DNA from: Parasitella parasitica NRRL 2501
Taxonomy: Eukaryota > Fungi > Mucoromycota
DNA: 64,000 bases
Direction: 5' to 3'
Assembly: GCA_025201805.1 (NCBI GenBank)
Contig: MU619246.1
Span: 113,627 to 177,626, forward strand
The notes under the pieces are model-generated. The model searched no databases. It was not told the DNA's origin and saw nothing but the letters and a program-made list of their open reading frames with translations. Both the position numbers and the translations under genes were made by a program. Shown piece by piece: positions 13,869 to 24,515 of this stretch. Numbering within the stretch: the stretch's first letter is position 1; each line of letters starts with the position of its first letter.

Positions 13869-14789
13869 TGTTATGAAAGTAGCAAGGAAAGAGAAAAGAA
13901 GGGATTAAATCTTAGTTGTGATATTACTTTGAACTTAAAAAGCGGCTTTAGAGGTTTGGATTGGTCCAGTTAATTTGAAGAAATCAATATTGTGCAACAG
14001 ATCACGGAAGCTGCAGTAGATGTGGTATGAACCGCCATATGTAGTTGCATTCTAGCTATATTGCGCATATATCAAGTTTGGATCCTTGTATGCGATTTCC
14101 AGACAACAGCTTTTAGCACTACGAAAATACACTGGACATTGTATTAGAATCACGTTTTGAAGCAGCTTTATACGTGTGAACAAAAAGCAAATATTAGAGT
14201 GGCTCAAAAGAAAATAATTTGTACTACTTGATATCTTGGTCGAAGACCAGTTGAGCGAGAAAAGCCAAAGTCTAATAATGTCAATGTAACATGAAAATTA
14301 ATAAGGATGCATGATTTAACAGCACAGTTTCGATAATTTTTTTGTCGATGCTTTGTAAACTCTCTTCTTGTCAGCTACTATGAATGATATTTTGGTATTC
14401 ATTACATTTTTACTATGCACTTTGAGACATCACGCTGGATATTATACATCTGAAGGTATTAAATGTTGAGCGCACGAAATAAGCAAGAGGTTTTTATATA
14501 AAAAATTGTATGAATTACCAATATAAAGTGTGTCTCAGTTGAGATATTTCATTTGAATGAGAAGAGTGAGCTATTGATAGCACGAAATCTGGTCTTGTTT
14601 TGATCTTCTTCTTGGAGTCAATTGGCCGATTATAACGGCTCAAACATGAATTTCAATAAGTTGTCGTATTTTAGCTGCTTTGCCATATTAAACAACTTTC
14701 TAGGAGTTTCTTTTTTTGGGCAAAGCATTAACAAGAGTTACTTCTACAAAAAGCTTCATTATCCCATGACAAAGCCTTGATGATGATCT

Positions 14790-15393
14790 GCCCTTTCAGG
14801 TTCCGCTCAGGAACCACCATGGCCAAAGACATGAAAACTGTTAATGTGAAAATATATGTCACTTGCACATTCTACATTAATCACATATATAATATTCACA
14901 TCAAATCTTATAAAAAGTTACAGATGTAAAATTATACAGAATATATGTGTTCTTATAAAGTTGACTCAAGATGCAAGAAGCCTACTCAATTCCCTCTCCC
15001 ATAGTTTAACATTACCTTTGAGTAGAGAAGAAAAGAGTAATAGAATTCGTCTGCAATAGAGAAGCTGGCGTTGGTTCAAAAGCCTAGGGTTGCCAAAGAT
15101 ATGGTGCAAAATGGTTGAAACGGCTTCGATCATACAAGAATATAGTACGTATTACCAATGAGCACAATACATCTCAATTATGCAGCTGTTGTTTTGAGAA
15201 GTTATTTCAGCCAAGATGTTCAAAGCAGAAGATTGCAAAAGGGGCTTTACAATGTGTTAACCCAGCTTGTATGTTTGTCAAAGCTGGAAGGGCAATCAAA
15301 TCCCGAGACGCGTTAGCGCCATTATCAATAGGTCTCTCGAGTCTCTCGTACAGCTTATTGGGGAGTAACAATCCCACACTTCCCACAATATAA
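14790..15393 (+). mobile_element. Degenerate Fanzor (eukaryotic TnpB-like RuvC nuclease) relic
   Basis: Frame 15061-15393 reads EAGVGSKA*GCQRYGAKWLKRL...ITNEHNTSQLCSCCFEKL...CVNPAC...SRDALAPLSIG, i.e. RuvC-II E, a Cys zinc ribbon and RuvC-III D. A frameshifted SGT(D)HG..MKTV RuvC-I-like segment lies near 14808-14843. Confidence 0.7.
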
Positions 15394-16957
15394 AATCAGT
15401 CGCTTCGACACTGAAAAATTCAAGGATATTTCAGTAGCCTTCGTAAAAGAAGAGAAAGACAGACAGTAGCGTTACTATTAGAAGTAAGTATTTTCCAAGC
15501 AAACATAATTGATTTGTGGTGCCTTATTTGTTAACATATTTTTTTTTTGCCACGGTGAACGCCTTTGGTCTAATTTCAGCTTCTTCCCGTTTCGACTTCA
15601 AGGATTCTTTGTAACGTCAGGAAAAAAAAGGGGGTCAGAGACGTTATAAGTACTACGGATGAATGAAGTATCTAAAACGTTCAAACCTGTAAGCCAGTTT
15701 TTTTTATTTTTTTTTTCGCATTATTAATTTCCTACAGCATACTGTTCCATCAAATCTGTAGCATCATGTTGGTAGAGTTTTTGAAAAAAGGAATAATGAA
15801 AATTTAATGCAGTGCATTTAGGCAGAATGTATTAGCACCTGCTTCTGTCACAGTAAATTTAGAGCAAGTATATGTATGCCCAGAACATTTATAATTATAC
15901 TTTTGCTTGTGAAATCTTCATTTCATTGTACTCCAAACAAAGAATCAATATTTGGGTATATTCTGTGTCTACATTTAGACTGAGTCAAATAGTGTATGGT
16001 ACCGTATGTGCTGCTCATCTGCGTAGATGCACGTATAGACTACTTGCCACCTCAATGTTCTGATTGTCAAAATTTTCATTTAGCTTTTAAGATGCACATG
16101 TGTATCACCCGCACCTGTAGCTTCGGCTCAACTTGTAAGCTTAAATTGTTGAGTCTCCAAGTCTGGAGACCCAAGCCATCAAAGCCCCCTCCCCCTTGTA
16201 GGCATATCTGCAGCAATTCAATTAGTCTATTCGAAACACTCAGGGGCACAAAAGCTAATAAAGACAGCAAGATTAACATGTGCAAGAAGAGAAAAGATTT
16301 GCCAGATCGTCAAATATTGGTTGACCTGCAGTTCTATCTTTTTCATGTGAATATGGAGAAAAACGAGTATTTCGGGATATGTATAAATTTGTATCTACGC
16401 TAGTTCGTGGATCTAGTTGATCAAGTTCTGATATAGTAGCACTAAATATCGTAAATGTCGAAGCTTTCATCATGATGACAGAAACGTAGTACAAGTTGGT
16501 GGCGTTTTCTTTATTATTGTTGATTTTACAGTTCTAGATTCACTCTGGCGTATGTAATTGCATTGGCCCGTTTGTATTATATAAGTCGGGTCCAGTGAAT
16601 TGAAAAATAAAGGGCTCTGAGTCTTTTGTTTACAGTATGACAAGAAATTGTTGAGATTTACATTACATGGTGGAACTTGATACACAAATCAACATTGAAA
16701 CTGTACAATTAAATTTACACAACTTGAAAGTTTTTTTTCTTTATATATTATAATGGGAAAGTTAAAGAAACAGAATAATATATAGATGAAACATATAGAT
16801 TGATTGAATGGATTTGAAGTGTACAAACATGACGAATAAATAAAAATTATGTAATAAAAAAGTAGTATGTATAAAAAAAAACGTAAGTGTAGTAAATTTA
16901 AATTGATTAACGATTGTAAAAGGAAGGGAAAGTAATGGGTATAATAATGAATAAGAC

Positions 16958-17749
16958 TTATGAAACGATAATCATTTGCTTTTGATTATAGTATTTTTCG
17001 AAACGGGATGTAGGGTTTTTGGAATATTGGCAGTACCAGACTGGATTTCCGTCATGATGATGATTTTGTAATTCTTGTTGTTGCTGCTGTGTTTGGTTCG
17101 TTTTGTTAAAGAACTTGAAAATGCGTTTCAGCCAAGGTTTCTTGGTATTACTATCGTTATATTGTTGAGGCGCATCGTTATCTTCAGCGATCTCCAATGA
17201 TGAAACAGAAGATGAATCAAATGAGGAGCCAGAAGTAGACCTGCGTAAAAATCTGTACCTGGCAAACCTGTTTGCCTTTACAAAACTATCCAATCGAGCA
17301 GGCAGAGATCTTCTTTCCCGATGATGTGAAAATAATGAAATACTGTAATTACTGCTGCCACGCATGTTTGGGGCTGTCGCAGTAGATTGAGGTCTCTTGA
17401 GTCGGGGCATTAACAGCGGCGACGGAGGAACGCTTGACGAGGAGGAATCAGCCCGAGATGTGCCTGAATAGGTGGTAGTCGCATACCCAGAAGATTTTTG
17501 ATATTGCATTTGCTCGGCTGTTGGGAGAAACATAGAGTCATTGTGATATGGGAATGGTAAAAGCCGAGGAGATGCAACCACAACATCGTTATTTTTCTGT
17601 TGAGGTAACATCAATCGAGGTGGTGTTGATTGGCAGCGTTCTCTGTGTGTTGTTATTTCTTTGCAATAACGCTCCAGCATTTCGTTGTTGTTGGAAGACA
17701 GACTGAGCAAATGTTTTTCTGTCAATGGAAGAGCAGCAGGTTGATTCAT
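16958..17749 (-). CDS. Hypothetical Ser-rich protein (263 aa, single exon)
   Basis: Intact ATG-to-stop ORF with coding-like composition and a C-terminal PVWYCQYS motif; no family recognised. Confidence 0.7.
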   Translation of the reverse strand: MNQPAALPLTEKHLLSLSSNNNEMLERYCKEITTHRERCQSTPPRLMLPQQKNNDVVVASPRLLPFPYHNDSMFLPTAEQMQYQKSSGYATTTYSGTSRADSSSSSVPPSPLLMPRLKRPQSTATAPNMRGSSNYSISLFSHHRERRSLPARLDSFVKANRFARYRFLRRSTSGSSFDSSSVSSLEIAEDNDAPQQYNDSNTKKPWLKRIFKFFNKTNQTQQQQQELQNHHHDGNPVWYCQYSKNPTSRFEKYYNQKQMIIVS

Positions 17750-18809
17750 TCTATGACTTTTACAATTGTATTGAATTGAGAGAGAAATACAAAATTTGAA
17801 ATGGATCCCTTTTTATACAAGAAAATCAGATAAACTTCGTGTGTCCCCTTCTCTGGTGTACATTACATTACATGTACAGGATTAGGAGAGTGTGATGGAA
17901 TTACCTAAAAAGTCAAATATAAAAATCTTGAAAAAGTTTAAACTAAAAGGAACCGGGAGATAAGCCTTCAAACAACAGAGTAACAGGGAGAAACCGAAAG
18001 AGGGGGGGAGGGGACCCTTCACTATAAGTAACTCCCAAAAAGAACAATTTAAAATGTATAATGCGTATACAACAGTTACATGGATAGCACATGTAACTAT
18101 TGCTTTTACAAAAGGAGAGGCAGATAACAAGTTGCAATGTCAATTAATCAAAAATGATCGATTCTACTCCACATCTCGATTTTTACGTATGTGATAAACT
18201 CCTTCTTGTCCCCTTTTAACAAAATGCAAGCTTGCTATTTTGTTCTGTTTGGCGATTGTTCCAGACTCCTTCAGTCTTCGTGTGTAAATTAATTCAATCA
18301 TCACCATCATCATGAGCATACCATTATTATTCCGATTTATTTAATTGCAAAATATTGATTAAGGAATGAACAATTCTCACTCGCATTCATGATATACATT
18401 GCATAGAGACAATATATCAGCTTGCTTTATACAATTAAATTAGGTCTGTGCGTGTCTCAACATGGAGAGAGAGGGAAAAAAAAAGCTATGATAAGACATT
18501 GTTTAGGTCGTTCAATGTGTAAAGTATTCTTGGCATTTGTGATGCCTACACCATGAGATTGCTCTTTGGCTATAGGAGATGAACCGAGAAAAAATCAAGG
18601 GGCATAAGATTCACGCCGAAAGGGAGCTTCCTTGATACTTTCTTCCACAACAAATAAACTTCGGATTATCCACACAAGGCAATTCCATCTTTATCGTCAT
18701 AATGATATTATATAATCTCTTTGACACATGCGCACATCATAAATTATCATACCAACCGTCTTTTATCCGATCTCTATGGCAACAAATTGTAGATCAAAGT
18801 TTATTCCAA

Positions 18810-19467
18810 TTACAATTCCATCATATCCTGTTTTTTTTTGTTATCAATTGCATGAGTTATGGTTTTCTTCTCATTGTCAGGTTTTTGCAATCTGATTGTA
18901 GTCATACGAGGCATTCCGTTTTTATCACCGTCCCATTCTCTTAGTAATTTCAATGTTTTGCCGTTTGTCATATCTGGTAGCTCCATTCCAGATATATATT
19001 CGCTTATTTCTCTTATTTTGACAGATTCTAAAAGCTGCTGACGAGCACCTTTAGGTGTTTTATGTCCTCTGCATCTCTCCTTTTCTAATTCGCTTATTTC
19101 TTCGTCATGACGTTCAAGATATAGCTCTATTAATTCATGCATTTCTGGTTTGGTAGCCACTGTTTTATCTTCATCGAAAGCGTATCGAAACCAAAGCCAT
19201 CTTTCACCTATTCAAGACGGGGAGTTGATAAAATTGCTTAAATTAAACTTTGTTTATAATGTTACCTAATGGGTTATTGGCCTTCTTTTTCTCCTTGACA
19301 GCTAGTTTTTCTTTACGCTGATATACTCGTGAGATTTGCTGTGCTTTGCGTGAATACGGATGAATGGCTTCTCTGTTCTTGATGGTCTTTAATGTAATCT
19401 TTCTGTTTCCCTGATTTAAGCATCATTTAGCATTTTTATCGATAGAAACTTGTTGCGATGTTACCAT
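18810..19467 (-). CDS. TMA16: Translation machinery-associated protein 16
   Basis: ATG micro-exon at 19465-19467 followed by GTAAC, then GNRKITLKTIKNREAIHPYSRKAQQISR, then ELIELYLERHDEE...GMELPDMT...LREWDG. Confidence 0.85.
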
Positions 19468-19751
19468 AGTGTTCTATAAATCCATGTAATGAAAGAAATA
19501 TTTTTTTTTGTAGGTAAAAGCTGTAGATCAGAAAAGCCACGAATTGAGCTACATGAACATATTCCTCTCCAATTTAGGTTACCAGTCACCAGCTGATGCT
19601 CTCAAGAACAGATGATGGATCTTTTGATTATCGCCTTTCTCTCTCTCTCTCTTTTAAAGCGTTCTTCTCACCATATACTTCTTCTTCATTTCCTTTTCTT
19701 CTTAATCACTTGACATCACACCAGAAAAAAATTAAACAAACAATTAAATCA

Positions 19752-21229
19752 ATGGAAACAATTCGAGTCGTTACAAATGGAATACTGTGTACATTAGGTT
19801 TATGGGGCCATACAACATTGACTGTGGCTGTTCAACTGCTTTCTGTCTTTATTTGGCCGTTTTCAAAGAAATTGTATTACGCCTTCCATGCACATATAAT
19901 GCGACAATGGGCTCAAAATCTCTTCCAGATCATGAAGACATTTGCACCGGGAGAGTTGATTATTACATTTGACGATAGTATCGCGGAAGACATGGACGAT
20001 GACAGTAGCAATGAAGCATTGGAACAGCTATTAACTCGCAACATGAAGGGTCAGGTTACCGGAATATCTTTTCCCGATAGATTAATTATGATATCAAATC
20101 ACCAGGTGAAAAATAAAAAGACAACACGAACCTTGAAAACATTTATTCATAGTCGATCATTTAACAGATTTATGCGGATTGGATATATATTTGGTTCTTG
20201 GCTTATTTATCAAAGGCACACGGCGCATTAAAGATTATGCTCAAACATAGTTTGAGCCAAGTACCAATTTATGGCATGTAAGTCATTTTTGTGCGATTAT
20301 AGAATCTTTTAAAAGACTAAGCATGTTTAATTTCGAATTAGGGTAAACTATTTCTCCTTTTTTTGATCTAATTTCACCGAATCAAGCTTTTTTTTCTTTT
20401 TTTAATACGCTGTTTTTTAGGGTATGAAATTCTTTGAATTTATCTTTTTAAAACGAAAACTGGAGCATGATAAAGATAACATTGTGAAAAACCTTGAAAC
20501 TGCCAAAAAGAGAGGAAGACCCTTGTGGTTGGTTTTATTCCCAGAAGGCACAGGTATTTTTAGCAATACAATGGGATCGGTCGAATTCTATTAACCGCCC
20601 CATGTGTACAATAGTCATTTCAGACGATACACGCCAAAAATCGAAAGAATTCGCTGCCAAGCTTCACATGGTATTTCTTGGTTCGAAAAGCATGATATTT
20701 TGTGTGATACTAACTTCTGTACTTTGCGTAGGATGATTACAAATTTACTCTTTTACCAAGAACCACTGGATTGTTGTTATGTAAGCAGACATTAGGTGAC
20801 AGCGTCGAATGGCTTTATGATCTTACTGTTGGCTATCCCGGCATTGAACCTGGACAAAATCCTGAAGATGTCATGACCATGAAACGTATCTTTTGCGAAG
20901 GGAATGGCCCTCATGAAATTCACATTTACATGCGCCGCTATCGTCTCAGAGACTTACCAACCGACACTGAACAGTTTACGCACTGGTTGCTAAATCGTTG
21001 GACTGAAAAGGATAAGCGACTTGTTTACTTTAACGAGCATGGTAAATTCCTTGAAGAGAGTGACATAGAAACTGATCGCATATATAACGGAAGAACTGTC
21101 AAAATCCCAATTCAGTTGCAGAACACTTTGAGAGAGTGCTATGGTTATTGGCTTTACTTGATCATTTACGTACCTGTTATCTACGCTATTTTGCATTTTC
21201 TGCGCCTTGCATATACAACCATAGTATAA
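19752..21229 (+). CDS. PlsC-family lysophospholipid acyltransferase (Cst26/LCLAT1-like), multi-exon
   Basis: ISNHQIYADW, LKIMLK, LVLFPEGT, LLPRTTG, LYDLTVGY and WL..RW.EKD motifs. Confidence 0.9.
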
Positions 21230-21835
21230 TCCCTTTAATCCAGTATATACAGCAGCATCTTTACTTTTCTTTTTCTTTTTCTTTTTCTTTTTCTTTTTTT
21301 TTTTTTTAATATACTATTCACTATTCACTTGAGTTGTTAAAATGTATTCCATTTTCAACTTGTGAAAAAAAAAAAAGATGCAGGTGGAATGGAAAGTGAA
21401 CATTTAAAACAACAGGGACCGATATGGACATTTAGAAATGTGAAGAGTGCTCTTCCTTTTGATATCTGTAAACAAAACATACAAGACAGCTTACCTAACG
21501 TACACTAACTAATCGCTGCAGCAAATACCTCAAAAGTAATGTTGTGTTGCATACTCTCCATTGACAAAACCGAATTTGCACACCAAAAACTTGCTTTTTT
21601 GGTTTTGTACAAGAAATAGTATTATTATCAAGGTACTATAACTGAATCACTGAGGGAACACCACGCTTAGTAATTTTACTACTTTAAGAAAATCCCTTCT
21701 CTCAAGTGGACAGGCATTAAAGACTTTGATTTAAAACTTGAGACAACCCAGCACATTGGCAAACTAACACAGCCATCCTCCACTCCTTTACGGTCCACCT
21801 CAGCGTTCCAACATCATGAGATTCACCTTCTCCCC

Positions 21836-21947
21836 GCTAAAATCATAGCCTATGGAAACGATACATTCGTCACCCTCCATAATCAAGTAGACTTTTCAGC
21901 AGCTTCAAATCTCACTGAACAAGTATATGAATGCGTCTAACGCAAAA
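21836..21947 (+). mobile_element. Non-LTR (L1-like) reverse transcriptase fragment, decayed
   Basis: AKIIAYGNDTFVTLHNQVDF then (frameshift) LNKYMNASNAK. This resembles the K.LAYADD...Y..ASNAKLN region, with YADD eroded to YGND. Confidence 0.55.
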
Positions 21948-22234
21948 GGTGAGCAATGCTGTCTAATAATCCTGCGTGTATGGTTAAAGTAACCTCCTTC
22001 TATAAAGTAAACTTGAGATAAATTAAAAAAAAAAAAAAAAAAAATAGCAATCAAGCATCAAATCAATAGAAACCGCATGAATAATTATCATGGTTTGCTG
22101 TAATCTCATAAGCTGTGCTAACAACACATGTGTGGTAACGGATACTATACAAGTCACTGCGTTGCTAATCAATTTTTTCATGGCATTCATTAGTTGAATC
22201 CATTTTCAATCATTCCATACACCTATATTTCTAA

Positions 22235-23482
22235 ATGCCAATGACCTGGTTAAATCAAAGTATTGACGACCCTAATCTTGTTCAATCCGTTGAAGATTTG
22301 ATCAAGGCATATCCTGCCAGTTCCAGAGTCATTGAGCGATTGGTGCAATATTACGACAATAAGACTCCATCGGACAGAGATGTTAAACGACGCAAATTGG
22401 AAGATAAAAATGCCTTGTCAAGCGATGAAGTCTTACGCATCATGGATTTATCATTTCAATTACCTGCCAGAAAGAAACTAGATTTGATCATCACTCGCAC
22501 GCGTTTAATATTGTACAATCACAAACAAAATGCCATTGAGACTGAATTTAATCTGGATGATCTTTCACAGCTTGGTGGTGCTTGTGTCCCTAGCCCAGAC
22601 AAGGCTGTCCCAAGCTACACCTATACCATATTTCTGAAAACAGAAGATGTCATTGTTTTCAATACGCAAGAAAAAGTCAATGTAACACTCAAAATGCCCG
22701 AGGCAGAAGATCAAATTTTAGAGACCAACAAGCATGAAGTTATCTCGCTTTTAATTACGAAATATGCACGCGTTCCTATTACACAGCCGTCGAAAGAGTA
22801 CTTTAGATCTACTGGTGTCTCTTCCACCACTGGTAAAACAGAAGATCGTTCCCATGTCATTGGATATCTTAAAGCCAAGGACGGGTTTTTGTTCTTTCTG
22901 CCCACCGGTATCTTGTTTGGCTTCAAAAAACCTACCCTCTTTTTCCCAGTTTCAAGCTTAGCTTCCACAGTGATTAGCAACATTACACAGCGTACATTTG
23001 ATTTAACACTAACTCTGAGACCAGAGTCCAAGGTATTGGGTTCTGCAGGCTTCCGAACAATAAAAGACGGCGACAATGAGACAGTGCAGTTCTCCATGAT
23101 TGAACAATCAGATTACGGAGGCATCGAAGCTTACACGAAAAAGCTGAATATAAATGATCATAGCATGGCAGAAGAGAGAAAAGCAGCTAAAAGTAACGAC
23201 GGTCACGACCAAACACAAGATGAAGATAACCAAGATGACGACGGCCAAGATACATCAGAAAACGATGAAGATTTTCAGCCTAGCGACGACGAGAACGAGC
23301 CATTGGAGTTTGATACAGACGCCTCTGCTCACGAAGATGACGACGAAGATGACGAGGATGACGAAGATGCAGAGAAACAAGCCAACAAAGAGCTGGCTCA
23401 TGAAGAGGAGCATGAGTTTGAGGATGCTGCCATGTCTGAAAACGAAGACGGCGAGGAAGACTTGTTGGATGAAAGTGATTAA
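22235..23482 (+). CDS. RTT106: Histone chaperone Rtt106
   Basis: SFQLPARKK, AKDGFLFFLPTGILFGFKKP, ITQRTFDL and QFSMIEQ motifs, acidic tail; single exon. Confidence 0.85.
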   Translation: MPMTWLNQSIDDPNLVQSVEDLIKAYPASSRVIERLVQYYDNKTPSDRDVKRRKLEDKNALSSDEVLRIMDLSFQLPARKKLDLIITRTRLILYNHKQNAIETEFNLDDLSQLGGACVPSPDKAVPSYTYTIFLKTEDVIVFNTQEKVNVTLKMPEAEDQILETNKHEVISLLITKYARVPITQPSKEYFRSTGVSSTTGKTEDRSHVIGYLKAKDGFLFFLPTGILFGFKKPTLFFPVSSLASTVISNITQRTFDLTLTLRPESKVLGSAGFRTIKDGDNETVQFSMIEQSDYGGIEAYTKKLNINDHSMAEERKAAKSNDGHDQTQDEDNQDDDGQDTSENDEDFQPSDDENEPLEFDTDASAHEDDDEDDEDDEDAEKQANKELAHEEEHEFEDAAMSENEDGEEDLLDESD

Positions 23483-23637
23483 GTAACATCAAGTCCCTTT
23501 TATAGAAAAATTTAACTAATTGTGCGTTTGTGAATATTTGTTGTTCCCCGTCAATGCGCATAAAATAAACCATAGTGTCATTATTCACAGTTTTACATCC
23601 TTTTTCATTTTGTTCTCTACTTGTTCTACAGGAACAG

Positions 23638-24360
23638 ATGCTCGCTGCCCAGACATATGCTGATATTGCAACACCTGTGCCTCAAGGTGGTGCTTCATTG
23701 ATGATTGCGTTTCGCTGTGATAGAAAAAACGTCCTCGTGGTTGGCCATGATGAAATCGCAGCAAGCCGTGTTTTGTCTGCCTTAGAAGCAGACGCTCAAG
23801 TTGCTGTTGTGGGCCCACTTGATCGCATGTGCAAAGAGCTGTCGTTCAGAATCCAAAACAGTCAAGTTGAGTGGGCAGGAGAAAAATTTGAAGAAGAGCA
23901 ACTCATCGGCAATCATCTAGTGTTTGTCACTCGCTCAGACGACATTGCATTGTGCCAGTACATCTCGAATGCCTGCTGTGCTCGTCGTATACCCATTAAC
24001 GTGGCAAACCAAAAAGACCTGTCTGATTTTGACATGACAAGTTCCTATAGAGACCAGTCATTGCAAGTTGCTGTCTCTACAAATGGACATTCGTCTGTAA
24101 GCTTAGCCAACCGTATCTTACAAAGCAAGATTTCCTGTGCATTAGAGCCTTCTCTCGGCAAAGCTGTTAAAAACGCAGGTCTTTTACGCAAAGGTGCTGA
24201 AAAACTGGATCCAGGGCCTAGTTCAAGTCTTCGCAGATACCAGTGGTTAACTCATATTTGCGATACTAACACGCTTGAGCAGCTGTCAGCTCTTACAAAG
24301 TCTGACATCAAAGATTTGCTTGCTTCCTATCCAAATGAAATGTACCATACGGCTGTCTAA
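23638..24360 (+). CDS. Met8/CysG N-terminal (precorrin-2 dehydrogenase/ferrochelatase)-like protein, divergent
   Basis: ASLMIAF...NVLVVG....ASRV..ALEADAQV, IPINVA....SDF and LQVAVSTNG motifs; no methyltransferase domain follows. Confidence 0.75.
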   Translation: MLAAQTYADIATPVPQGGASLMIAFRCDRKNVLVVGHDEIAASRVLSALEADAQVAVVGPLDRMCKELSFRIQNSQVEWAGEKFEEEQLIGNHLVFVTRSDDIALCQYISNACCARRIPINVANQKDLSDFDMTSSYRDQSLQVAVSTNGHSSVSLANRILQSKISCALEPSLGKAVKNAGLLRKGAEKLDPGPSSSLRRYQWLTHICDTNTLEQLSALTKSDIKDLLASYPNEMYHTAV

Positions 24361-24515
24361 ATTCCCGAATGACGTCGACCAACTTAACTATCTGTTTCCC
24401 TTCTTCGATTACTACATTTTTTTTCTTTTCTACCCTAAAAAAATCCATCCCCTACAAAGAGAATAAAGCTACATCTTTAATTTTAATCTCTAAAGAAACT
24501 CTCTCTTTTTTTTTC

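Noticed and set aside
16000-16500. Minus-strand VPL...ICL..GGFDGLG segment reminiscent of the post-RT region of LINEs
   Set aside because: Similarity too weak to support without a profile search
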